Part shown: positions 12,401 to 23,977 of the stretch, piece by piece
Layout: the number at the start of each line of letters is the position of its first letter
Numbering within the stretch: position 1 is the first letter of the stretch
Assembly: GCA_903813345.2 (NCBI GenBank)
Contig: CAIIXF020000001.1
Location: 14,756,001 to 14,820,000, forward strand
Source of the DNA: Owenia fusiformis
Lineage: Eukaryota
Direction of reading: 5' to 3'
Length of the DNA: 64,000 nucleotides
The notes under the pieces: model-generated
The model's input: only the letters and a program-made list of their open reading frames with translations
The model's database searches: none
What the model was told of the DNA's origin: nothing
Program-made: the position numbers and the translations under genes

Positions 12401-15400
12401 AGTTATACCAAACATAGGGAAAATATTTAAATCTGAAGTAAGCACTTAAAATACTTTTGTTAACATTTCTAACAATATTTGTAACAAAATTAGGTTACAT
12501 CTGGGGCTCAGTTTCTAGGCTCAAACAGTTATATATTGTGCAGTATATTTTTGGTTAAACAAGGATATCTTTTCTTTTATGAACCATGATAGGTTGAAAA
12601 GAAGTGAATGGTAATTATACTGCATTCTGATTGGTCAAAACAGTAATGCATATCTAACAATGTGATGTGGCCTCGCACAACCAAATGCGTATTCCCATCT
12701 AAATGATTTGTCTTTCAAAGAAAACTATGATTTGTGGACATGTTTTGCTATCATGCCATCATACCCCAGTATGTCCTCTGTCAGTCAAAAAAGTTTGAAC
12801 CAAAACTCCCCACGAAAATCAAAAGATCTTACCTGTTGGATACGCCATCTACAGAAAATGTCAAAAATTGTCACTCTGATTTTGACAGATGGAGGCAGGT
12901 CAAAAAGGTAAAATTTCTTACAGAAAATGCACCTCAATCACATAAAATCATGTGTTAGAGTTGGTCCATACTCCATACATACACTTTTTCATTCATGCAC
13001 TTCTTAAAATTCAACCACTGGTGATACTAATATAATTAGAATAATTGGACTATATTCTTGTTTTTAAAATGCCATCTATTGTGTCCCCTGTATGACATGT
13101 TGCAGTGGTGTATCATTGTTGTGTATTATTTGAGACATAATTCATTGTTGAGACATATGTAGGCCTATTTCAAACAATTAATAGCTTACATAATATATAA
13201 GCCTATATAATTTTTGGTTGATGCATAGCCCATGGTTGAGACATATCTCATATTTGGGCTTAAAAGTTTGAGGCACAATGTGTGTGTGTTGAAGCATACT
13301 TTATGATTTAGGCAATATTTCTAGTAACCTACTACTCAAGGCATAAAGCCATGGTCCAGGCATAGCCAATGGTTGTGGCACCTATAGTTGAGGTTTAATC
13401 TGTTGAAGTCCAAGAGCAGCCTATTGAGGTAGCTATAGTGTATAATCATGTTTGAGGCATAGCCTATGGCTTAGGTCTAGAATGGTACCTTCAAATAAGG
13501 ATATAAGCTACCATCGTAAGATATGCTAAATTATTCTGAGTCTGTATTTACTTCTGCTATCCAATATACTGTTTGATTCAAAACCAAGTACATGTACTAA
13601 TAAAAACACTATCAATGTTACTTCATTGCTAGTATTAAATCAAGAGTTGATGTATGTTTTGTAGACCATAGTTGATGCTGATGCAGAGAAGCTGTTTGGC
13701 CTGCTGTGGAATGGTGTAGAAGCTGAGACAGAATGGAACCCAACTGTCACTGAAGTTCAGGTACAGCTCCATCAATGGTTACTTTATGTATCTACAATCT
13801 ACATTTATATGTAGCTTTGTCTATAGGGCATGTAGGGTAAGCCATTTTTTCATTAAAAGTTCTTGAGACATCTCTGAAAAGGTTCCAGTTATAGATCTTT
13901 GATGTGTTTCTTGTTCATTCTAGATTGCTCAAACTATAGATGACCACACAGATATTACTTACCATGTGGCAGCAGAGGCTGCCGGTGGCATGGTCTCGGC
14001 AAGGTAAATACACAAACTCATTCTGTTTACTCGTTTCAATCGTTAAGCCATCTTGATATCTCACAAACAATATATTGTCATAAATATTAGTAGCATAGAA
14101 TATTAAAAGTACTTGTGACCCAAATTAATGGATTGAATTGAAAATTTTATTGAGACTTTGCCAATCTGTACATCATTAGGTTTAAATTTTCTCATTTATT
14201 TAGGATCCCTATTTTTTCTCATGTAACAGAGATTTTGTCAATATGGTAATAGAGATTTTGACAATCTGTTTTGATATTACACAAATAAATGAAGGGTCCA
14301 TATTTTCTCCTTTGTTTAAGGATCCCTATATGTTACATAGTACTATATAATGAGTAGTTTACATATTACACAAATAAATTAAGAGTCCATATTTTCTTAT
14401 TTATTTAAAATAGATTTTAACAATCTGTATCCATAATTATACAAATAAATCAAGAGTTCCTATTTTCTCATTTGTTTTCCAGAGATTTTGTCAATTTACG
14501 AACATGGCGTATAAAACACGGTTGTATATTCTCAGCAGGATGTTCGGTGGAGCACAAAGACTACCCTGCTAATCCTAAATATGTCAGGTCAGTTAGTTAT
14601 TCTACTTGGAGGACATGATTACATTGATTAGGCTCAACAAGCATGAGGCAAGTGAGGCCTGGAGGCATTTCAATAAACCTTTGGAAATAAGAGTACATAT
14701 AGGGTTATTATCTGACATGGGGCATTGTCGAACGATCTTCTATAATTCTTTGTTTATATGATTTCTTTATTGAAACTTCAAATTAGACGCATCGATTTAT
14801 CGATACGGTAATATATAGTACTAATGTAAAGAGTCTTAACTATGCCCCAGATTTTCACTTGATGTCAAGGGTTTGTCCAGGAATGCCCTGCTGTAGAGAA
14901 TGCCCTTGTGTACTTTAGATCCAGTGGTAGTTGCCTTGATTTCAAAATTGCCATTTTTGCCTGTGTAATTATAAAGAATATTGGCTACATTCCTGATAAC
15001 AGTATCCATTATATAGTATTTTACCTGAGACGTAAGGGCAGACTTATGCCTGATTAGTTAATTGCAATTGATTAATCAATATAGTGATTAATTCTAGTCA
15101 TTAATGTGTGTTTATAGGGGTGAAAATGGTCCAGGGGGTTGGGTGTTTGAACCAATAGATGGTCAGAAAGGAAGGTGCAGGTTCACCTGGATACTCAATA
15201 CAATGCCAAAGGTAAGGGACTCACTAGCCAGTGATAATTCAGTGTTGTAATGAATGCAGTTATGTTTCAGGTTGTCCCCTCCCTCAACCCACAAACGAAA
15301 ATGCTAGAAGTGGTGATATATTGTTATAGCCACCAATCTTTGGAAAGGAATTTGGCATTGGGTGCAACTTATGAAAATCATATAACATAAGTTCAATACT

Positions 15401-18400
15401 TATTATTTGAGGAAAAACACATACTAGATACTTAATCCTGACCAGAAGTAACATATTTATTTCATAAGTAATATCTTGAGGCCAAATATCAGTGAATGAT
15501 GTTTTAAGTGTATTTTAATATATTAGATAAACTATACTAAACTAAATAATGAAATCCAATATGACTATTTCCCAAAGAATACAATTTTATGCAACTTTTT
15601 GTTGTTGACTTTGTTCAGTGGTTGGTATTTGACATTTGGGTCTGTTACAAATAGCAGGTGGTTATATTTTGCATGTTACTGTAATGCCTTGTTCCTTAAT
15701 TGTTTTAATATGAAAATGTCATATGTATTGGAATAAAGGACACGCTTATTATCATGTGGAGTAATTAGTAGCTATAAGTAAATTGTTTAACCTTAATCAA
15801 CCTGATGCAGGTGGTTCTTTAGTAATGTCAAAATACATTAAATTTCTTTTATTATGGTAACTATGGTGTTTCTAAACATCTTCAAAGATACTTTGCTTTG
15901 ATATAAGACCTAAATGTCATGCATATCGATGAATATAATTCAGGAATATGTGAGCTAATTGAGAGTTTAAGCCATACCCAAAATGTACCCCATCCCAACT
16001 AAATGTGTGGTTTGTCATTTGCAATGTGCTCATAACAGGAATCTTATATTCTGACAAGTAATCTGTCATGTTCTCTGAATACTTCTTGATATCAGCTGGG
16101 CTTTGATAATTGTCTAGATATTTAGGAAGAAGCATGAGTCCAGGAAAGTGTGGCGTCATCCATATGATCCTTGATCCATTTTTAATTACTCGATCTTTAT
16201 TGAAGTTTAATGCAGCAAAGTATTGATCAAGCGTTTCCTTTGTTTGTGCAAAGTTAAGGTGATCATGTAATCCTATTGTGAAGATGAATAAAAAATCTTT
16301 GGCAGATTTTATGTACTTTTCAGATGCTCTGATCTCAGAGAGTCGATCCCGTTGTTGATAAGCCATCTTTACTTTTCCGTTACAAATTGTGGTGTCTCTT
16401 ATTAAAAGATCCCTGCAGAATTTTAGGTCAAACTGCATGTGGAATGCACACTTCACTTTATCTTCTGAAAGTAAAATGCATTATGCACTATGTTATACAC
16501 AAAACTATTAAGGTATAACAGATTTTTTCAGGAAAATGTAATCCCCATTCCCAGAGGCAGTATTCTTACTTAAGATTCAAAATATTGCAATAGTTGAGCT
16601 TGACTCTTTATGAAGAACATTGTTCACTGGCGGATTAGAGGGGGGGGCCTGGGCCCCCCCCCCCTGGGTGGGCCCAGGAAAAAAAATGGGGCTCCAAAAA
16701 AAGTGGGCCCTTTTGGTCATTAATGGGCCTTTTAAGGCCTTATTTTTTAATTTCAAGCAAAATTTTGAAGAAAATGGGCCTCAAGATTTCAAAATTTGGG
16801 CCCACTTTTGGGTTTTAGGGGCCCAAAATTTTTTCGGACATTTTTTTCTCTGACTTGAAATTTGGGCCCCCCCTTATTGATTCCCAGATCAACCCCTGTT
16901 GTTTGTAATACTGTAATAACTGAAAGGTTTTAAGCCCAGTACTCAATGATCTAAAGTATGGTCTCTGATTTAAAGCATGAATGACTTGGATTTAGACTTT
17001 GAATGAGGGTGTTAGCCCAAATTCAATGGCTAGAATGCATTCAATCACCCACAATTGTGTCATTTGCTTTGCAAAAGATTTTGTAAGAAGAAATAGAGAT
17101 GCAACCAGAAGCATTATTGCAAGGGATTTTTCAAGATTTTATTGTTTAATATTTTGACCTGCATAATCCAACTAAGCCTACCTTGCAATTTATCATGATA
17201 CTATTTATCGTTTTTTTGTCACGCAACTACCAACTTGAAATTGTGAAATTGATGAGGGTAATTAATTTCACTGAATCTAAAGATAGCCAACAATGCATTC
17301 TGTTCTAGAAAGCAATTTTTATCTCTAATGTAATAAAATACACATTTACCAGATGAGGCACTTTTGAGGAGTGCACCACTCTCTAGGTTTCCATTTAGCA
17401 ATATTAGCAATCCAGTCCACATGTGTCTAATCAAGGAATTCCCCACAAAGATGAGATTCTTCACTTTCTTCTGCTCTAACATATCACAAACTGCTGGTTC
17501 TGATTCATACTCTCTTATTTGGCAGTTGTTTGTGTCATCTGGTCTCCAAATGTGTTCTTCTGCATGGAGTCTTGATCTCAAGTCAAGGCACCCTTGGCAC
17601 TTACAGTCTTCTACTGATTTTGTGATACAGTGGTTGTTATAGCAACATGCTTTATCTGAGCTAGGGTGACATAAAGCTCTTCTCGTTGGTGATGTAAATG
17701 TTTGGTACACTGTCTCTTTGTTCCCACATTCTCCGCTGGGTAGCGTCAGTTCATCCTTATTTGGTATCCATTTCATCCTTTCTAGATACTTCCCTCTTTG
17801 CTCGGATTTATACCATTGCCCATGGGTCAAACAATCCAGATAACCTTGGTCCGTGAACTTTTTGTGTTTTTTGGGAATGTTCATCTTTGGATGATGTACT
17901 AATATATCAATTGTCTCTTTGTAGTATCCATCCTTCAGGTTTGAGTGATTCAGATGAACTCTCAAATATCCAATGAGAATGAACAAAGATACTGTTAACA
18001 GTAACACTATGAATTTTGTATTTATATGATAATACTTTAAATCCATAGTTTCAGTAATCTTTACTGCTAAAATAGTCTTGTATGTTCTGTTACTTTATAT
18101 ATTACAAAATGCAGGTGATTTAGTTCATTAAACAATAATTAATTCGTTGTATCAAATAAAGCAAGCAGGTGGTTTTTAGATATTTCTTCAATAACTGGAT
18201 ATATACTACATTGATTTGATAAATTACCATGTTTGAACCTTACACTGTTCTTGGCTAATTTTCCCAGTATTTATCAGTATACAAATATTTATAAGTACTA
18301 TCATATTATGTGCATACAAATAATGGTAATTAAAATGAATAAAAAATAATATCACAGCAAAAGTTCTTGTTTGGAGGATTTCACAATGTTGTGTATTCAA

Positions 18401-18885
18401 AGGTGAAATTCTTGTAGAATAGGTAACCATCGCCATAATACTCATATTTCCATATTACATATATAAGGGTTATGTACTGGGAGGTTTTGGATATGGGGTT
18501 TATCCAGAGGGATACATGCATATCTCCCTGCTTTATCCTATACCCAGTTGAGTTTTCTAAAAATCGTTTTTCTGATTTTTTCTAATTTTTGTTTCACCTT
18601 TTTTTCAAAAAATTATTCAACTTTTTTCAAAGTTGGAAGATGTGCCCTGGAGCGGGATATGAAGGTTCTTGATATGGAAACCTCAAAATCAGGATATGGG
18701 AGATATCTCATCAACTTATCTCCCTAAAACTCTACTTGACATAGGATAATACAACTAACATATAACTGTTTTCTGTTTTCCAGGGCTGGCTCCCTCAGTA
18801 CTTAGTAGATCAAGCCCTATCAGGAGTTATGCTACTTTTTATTAAAAACTTAAAGATACGTGTTGCTGATGTTGAAAAGAGCTGA
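3441..18885 (+). CDS. STARD3: StAR-related lipid transfer protein 3 (MLN64): MENTAL domain plus START domain, ~483 aa, 15 coding exons
   Basis: Exons with GT-AG introns and consistent phases: 3441-3455, 4615-4709, 4874-5030, 5443-5523, 5891-5968, 8666-8719, 9100-9220, 10955-11065, 11478-11584, 12282-12437, 13665-13760, 13924-14003, 14483-14587, 15118-15211, 18784-18885 (1452 nt, TGA stop). MENTAL motifs VSAVRRTFCLIILFDLLF and ETWFMDFKVLP. START motifs EWNPTV, AAGGMVSARDFVNLR, KYVRGENGPGGW and KGWLPQYLVDQAL. ATG 4627 is an alternative in-frame start. Confidence 0.95.
6166..7152. mobile_element. Degenerate TIR element in a STARD3 intron
   Basis: Left end GAGTCTCTCGCAAATAGCCCCATGGGTGTTTATT is an imperfect inverted repeat of right end TAAACACCCTGTTGGCTTATTAGCGAGAAACTC. 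Confidence 0.55.
7524..7742. repeat. Short tandem repeat (~22 bp x 2.5) carrying CACGTG, plus an inverted copy
   Basis: GG(C/T)CCCCACGTGATCTCTCACT repeated at 7524-7581; ATCACGTGGGGGCCAAT at ~7726-7742. Confidence 0.7.
9925..10640. repeat. Dispersed repeat family fragments (related pieces at ~29620-29770)
   Basis: TAAATAGAGGTT(T/A)TTTAATGGGAGGGATG at ~9925 and ~10495, with its inverse at ~29626-29648. ATATCATCCCTG...CCTGATATTGCTCTGACCATGG at ~10277-10386 and ~29679-29766. Confidence 0.6.
11126..11308. mobile_element. pogo/Tc1-type MITE (TACAGTGAAAC family; relatives at ~48080-48265, ~50312-50545, ~59841-60105)
   Basis: TACAGTGAAACTTG...CAGGTTTTTCTGTA termini with internal AAGTGGAACAC repeats. 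Confidence 0.65.
11758..12251 (+). mobile_element. Crypton-like (tyrosine recombinase transposon) relic with truncated N-terminal ORF 11879-12169
   Basis: Peptide MAAASTSRFKNVEDEDIIGLLESKDSQNTKKNLKLCTKLLVDF resembles my recollection of the SRF...KDSxNTKK N-terminus of DUF3504/CryptonA-type proteins. No TIR or TSD; TAAT(A)TTGT-like ends. Lies in STARD3 intron 11585-12281. Confidence 0.5.
13125..13475. repeat. Degenerate ~18-20 bp minisatellite
   Basis: Recurring GTTGAG(A/G)CATAGCC(T/C)ATG-like units. Confidence 0.55.
15917..18046 (-). CDS. Nested antisense gene: type II membrane PC-esterase/SGNH-like acyl-esterase or acyltransferase, 414 aa, 2 exons
   Basis: Exon 1 18046-17350 (donor G|GTAAAT, phase 1) joins in frame to exon 2 16464-15917 (acceptor TTTCAG), 1245 nt in total. 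N-terminal TM FIVLLLTVSLFILIGYL, Cys-rich module, IFVGNSLIRH (GDS-like nucleophile motif), IGLHD and SWDGVHF (DxxH). AATAAA on the minus strand at 15853-15848. Confidence 0.88.
16625..16898. mobile_element. hAT-like MITE with 5-bp TSD in the intron of the nested gene
   Basis: CACTGGCGGATT...GATCAACCCCTG termini, GGGCCC-rich subtermini, TTGTT on both flanks. Confidence 0.7.
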
Positions 18886-20593
18886 TGTAGAACAATGAGG
18901 ATTTAGAATAGATCCTGCGATATTGCACATCCATGAGGGGCCACTGATCATGTATAACTCTCTTGTGAGGCCATTCTGTCGTAAACCAATTATTACAAGA
19001 GATAATAACAAATGGGAATTGCCAAGTGCTGGCAATTCAGGATTTTGTATTTCATCATGAGAGCATAATTGTGTTGATTTATAATTATCAAGATCTAAGT
19101 CATAATTGTGAGTTGTATTATATCCAGTACTTCTCCAGTGCTACTCTAGTACTGTTGTATCTGTGCATCATATAGATGATTAAATGAAGTTATCAAACTA
19201 CATTTTTCTTTATTCAATATTTCATATTATAATATGATCAATCAAGATAGTATTGATGTGGTTCAGTCTTTAACTCTGATCCAAAAGCAAATGATTTTAG
19301 ACAGTCATCTTTTACCATGAGTACTTTCTCAATTTAAATATGAAATTTCTCATTAACACACACATGTTATCTTTTAAGTAAATTCCCGAACAATTGGAAA
19401 AATAATGAATAATCAAGATCTAAGTCATGATTGTGAAATGTCAACACTTTTTCAAAATTTTGAACCTATTTACACAGGTACAGGATCTGATTTTCTGACT
19501 TTTATTGCATTATTCAACAAGGGGTCTCAAACTTTTAAAAAGTAGAATGGTATTGAAAGACTAGTTTTGAAGATATCAATTTTCGATGACCAAAATTATG
19601 CTGAAAGAATGAATAACATGAGTTTTCCCTATTGGAAAATAACATGGGATATGTGGTTTTTAACTTTATCGCATTTCAATACCCATCCTCTTCAGAAGTT
19701 GTTAAAAATTGTGAACAAGAAACTTTTTTGACAAGGTGGGGTCCTAATCCATAATTTTTCAGAGAGTTGGATTGATATTTTTACAATCAAAGGGACTTCC
19801 CTTGAAAGAAAACATATTGTTTTAATAAAAACCATTGTATTTGTGGCCAGAATGTACTCATGCTGAAAGTTATGCCTGTCCAAAATCACTTGCCTTACTA
19901 TACATGGTCCTTTACTAGATTTAAAAATGAATATATGATAAATGTGTGACAGGTTGCCAATAGTTATTTTTAGAAAGTTACTTAACCTGAGGTTGAGCTC
20001 CTGTAAGACTGGTGGTGCATACATGTATTAATCAGCTATTTATTCTAAATCCATGATGAAAATTATATAAAATAAGCAGGTATTATTTCGGGACATCATA
20101 TACCTTTGATGTCATTTGCAACTTTTCCGATAGTTAGTGTAATCAATTTGTTAATTCGATTTGAGCACTACTACTGTATACATGCTGGCATCTACAATGT
20201 GTACTTGTATAATTTATATCATGGCTGTAAAAAAATTACTTGATATATTAGCTCATAAAGCTGATGGAGAATTCAGAAATTTAACTTATATTGTAATATA
20301 AAGATGGAAGATGTATTTACTGTATGACAGTTTTCATTTTCAACCATGTTATTTTGACCAAATATTTGTGTAGTTTCAATTGTTTTATACATGGCTTTTA
20401 ATTCCCATTTTGTAAATGCATGGGCAAGTTTACTCCTTTTCTGTATCCATTGATCAATAGTTTAAAATCATTCAGTAGATTTGCAACTTCATATATGGAA
20501 TTGAACATGTAATGAGATGATTAAGGCTTTACTTTTTCATTTTTTGTATTACTGTGTTGATTTATGTCTCCACCAAGAAATCTTTTCATATTG

Positions 20594-20839
20594 TCAAGGA
20601 GGATTGGCTCCACGAGTCGAAGTCGATATTTTCCAACAATGAAAACGGCCAAATGTCATTATTTCTGATTTTATAACTGATAATACAAATTCAAAATAAA
20701 GAGTTCAAAAGATTTGAACCAATATCTCGATCATTTCGTGTGAGTTTTGGAATGTTTGGTGGCTGTTGGAATTCAAATTTTCATCCCCATATATGGGACA
20801 GAATATCGATGTTGCACTCTGGGAGCCAATCCTCCTTGA
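20594..20839. mobile_element. MITE inserted into a HINE remnant (~20560-20945)
   Basis: TIR TCAAGGAGGATTGGCTCC / GGAGCCAATCCTCCTTGA. Flanks TTTATGTCTCCACC and GGTGATGACATTTTGTCATGTTCATGCTTTGTT match the ends of the 22243-23056 element. Confidence 0.7.
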
Positions 20840-22242
20840 TACTGTTTAGCAAACATTTTTCTGACTGACAATGTAATTCATTGTTTATCTGTTTATTTGT
20901 TGCATTCCCAGGTGATGACATTTTGTCATGTTCATGCTTTGTTTTACTTTGCAGTATTACAGTATTAATAGCAAATCAAATGAACTATTAATTACTGTGC
21001 AATCAATTTGTACATGCAAATACATGTAAGAACATTGCATAACAATTACTGTCAGACTTGTTTATTTCACTTAAGTACTTTAAAACTTAAATTAAAAATC
21101 TCTTATTTACCAATCAACAAAGTCAACATGTTCTTAATAGATTTTACCATTAACATTAATTAGCTAAATTCTGCAAAGGTGAAGTCATCAATCATCAAAA
21201 TTATTTGAAATTCAAATTATTGAATACTATACTTAAGAAACTGAATAGAATATTAAAGATGATAATGTACAATAAAGGACAGTTGATCTGCAATGTATCT
21301 TGGCTCAGAGGTAAATATCTTCTAGAAGAATTAATATTTGCTATAGTCTCGCATTAAGCCCCTACACTCTCATCACCTTTCTGTACTGTGTAAGAAAGAG
21401 AGTGTTGGTGGGGGGGGGGGTTCAAGTGAAAGAAAGTCCAAATGTTTCACACTAATACTAGAACACACCTATATTTTGTTTTCTTTTGTTAGTCAAAGAA
21501 AATATTGGGACTTAAAGTACTGTTATAAAAAGTTGTAAAACTATGATACTAATAAAGTATGCATAGACAGTAGAAAAACCTGCAAGACGATACATATACT
21601 GTACATTAAAATATATTTTAATGTGATGTCTGGTGAGGTCAAAATATAGATGGGCAAATCTTGATCAAGCCATTTGCCCACCTGACCTTATAAATGAAAA
21701 TTCTGACTGAAAATGAGAACAAAGTTGTATAAGGCACTGTATTTGAACATGGGCTTTCAACTATTCAAGTATGGAATCTGTTAATATGGAACAGTTGAAT
21801 CCAATCAAGATCAACTTTCAAATGTAATGATTGAGTATGTGGGAGCATCCTTAAAGGAGATTCACAACTCCTTAGCTAAGTGTAGATTTTGACTTTGGGC
21901 CACTACGCAAAAGATTTCAGTGGCATACAGTGGCTTTCAAGCCCCTGCACACACCAAGCCACGGGGATTTGAATCCTTCCTGATTTTTGTTTGCTTATGT
22001 TATGACGCCTTTACATTCTCATTGAATAAATCATATACTGGATTTACATTTTTTATTATAATTCATTGTTATGTTTTTTTATGGTGCGTGTAATGATTTT
22101 AAAGATATTATATGGTAATTGATGGTCTATATTTGTATCAAATTGGGACGTTTTGACATGGTTAGTATTTGAGATCGCTTTTTAATTGGTTAGTATTGTC
22201 TAGACTGTTGTCAATATGTACGCATGATATCCTATCCTAACA

Positions 22243-23056
22243 TTTTTATGTCACCACCAAAAGTGGTGACATATTGTTATGGTCTCCGTTTTTTTGCGAC
22301 GGCGGTTGGTGGTTGGCTCCGGCGGTTGGTGGTTGGCGTCTGTAACAATTTCTTACAATTTCCTATAACTTAACAAATACTGTTTAGACTGACTTCAATT
22401 TTTTTCTAAATCATCTACATGTTCTCAGAAGTTCAAATCTGACTTTAGATTTGACATTTGACCTTCAATGACCTTTTCAAGGTCAAAAAGGTCTTTTTTC
22501 AACTTGCTTCACATTGACTTAATTTTTTTTTTAAATCATCTACATGTTCTCAGAAATTCAAATCTGACTTTAGATTTGACATTTGACCTTCAATGACCTT
22601 CTCAAGGTCAAAAAAGGTCTGTTTTCAACTTGCTTCAAATTGACTAAATTTTTTTTTCAAAATCATCTAAGTGTTCTCAGAAATTCAAATATGACTTTAG
22701 ATTTGACATTTGACCTTCAATGACCTTCTCAAGGTCAAAAAAGGTCAAAAAGGTATTTTTTCAACTTGCTTCAAATTGACTAATTTTTTTTTTCAAGATC
22801 ATCTACATGTTCTCAGAAATTCAAATCCGACTTTAGATTTGACATTTGACCTTTAATGACCTTCTCAAGGTCAAAAAAGGTCAAAAAGGTCTGTTTTCAA
22901 CTTGCTTCAAATTGACCAAATTTTTTTTTCAAAATCATCTACATGTTCTAAGAAGTTCAAATCAAACCTTCTTAAGGTCAAAAGGTATTTTCCAACTTGC
23001 TTTAAATTGACCAAATTGTTTTAGGTGGTGACATTTTGTCATGTTAATGCCTTGTT
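22243..23056 (+). mobile_element. Helentron-associated non-autonomous element (HINE/DINE-1-like) with a tandem-repeat core
   Basis: T-run, subTIR ATGTCACCACC (22248) with adjacent IR, GGTT-type microsatellite, about five monomers of 125-136 bp (registers 22411, 22536, 22663, 22799, 22935), subTIR GGTGGTGACAT (23024-23034), short hairpin and CTTGTT end. Confidence 0.8.
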
Positions 23057-23122
23057 ACTTTTGTAATCACTTTCAATATACCAACCACATTACAGATCGA
23101 TAACAAAAACTGCAACCCACGC

Positions 23123-23977
23123 TTTTTATCGCACTTTGAAAAAGTGCTATATTGTCGTCATCTTGTGCTGTTGGGCGGGCGGGCGGGCGGGCGTGCGGGC
23201 AGGGGGCACATAAACCAAATCTTGTCATCAAATTTCCAGGATAACTGCTTACCTGTTCGACTTGAAATTTTTACAGATGCAAGAGCAGACTAGTACCAAG
23301 ATCTGATTAGGTTAAGGGCATGCTGGGTAAACTACGTGGCGGCGATTTTGAATTTTTCAACAAATCTTGTCATCAAAATTCCAGGAAAACCACTTATCCG
23401 TTCAACTTGAAATTTTTACAGATGCAAGAGCAGACGATTGCCAAGATCTGATTAGGTTTATGGTATGCTTGCTGAATTACATGGTGGCCATTTTGAATTT
23501 TTCAATTTGGCGGTCATTTTGAATTTTTTAACTTGCTCCAAATTGACCAAATTCTTTTTTAAAAAACATCTACAAGTTCTCAGAAGTTCAAATCTGACCT
23601 TAGATTTCAGATTTGACCTTCAGTGACCTTGTAAAGGTCAAAAATTTGATTTTCTAAATTGATATTTTGGATTTCAATTTAGGTCAGCTTAATTAAAAAA
23701 GACCTACTGAGGTCTGAAAAAGTGAAATTTTCAAGGTCGAAAGGTCATCAAATTAGGTCACAAACAATGTTATCTAAATTTTCCCAAAGTTCAAGACTAC
23801 AAATAAATTCTTGTCATCAAAATTGCAGGAAAACCGCTAACCTTGTCAACTTGAAATGTTTACAGATGCAAGAGCAGACTAGTGCCAAGGTCTGATTAGG
23901 TTTTGGCCATGCTGGGTAAATTGCATGGTGGCCAGTTTGCTCTTCAAAGTGCGATATTTATCACTGTGTGTCTTGTT
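23123..23977 (+). mobile_element. Second HINE family with a ~145-bp core repeat
   Basis: subTIRs ATCGCACTTTGAA / TTCAAAGTGCGAT, (GGGC)n microsatellite, three monomers (23221, 23366, 23810) and TCTTGTT end. Confidence 0.8.

Noticed and set aside
16620-16853. 77-aa ORF on +
   Set aside because: Lies wholly within a MITE and is low complexity.
17364-17642. 92-aa ORF on +
   Set aside because: Antisense shadow of exon 1 of the nested gene.
18883-18910. Selenocysteine or stop read-through at the STARD3 TGA
   Set aside because: The stop is at the expected C-terminus, another stop follows within a few codons, and I saw no SECIS.
22385-23940. CRISPR-like array
   Set aside because: Head-to-tail monomers without unique spacers, no cas genes, eukaryotic context; explained as HINE cores.
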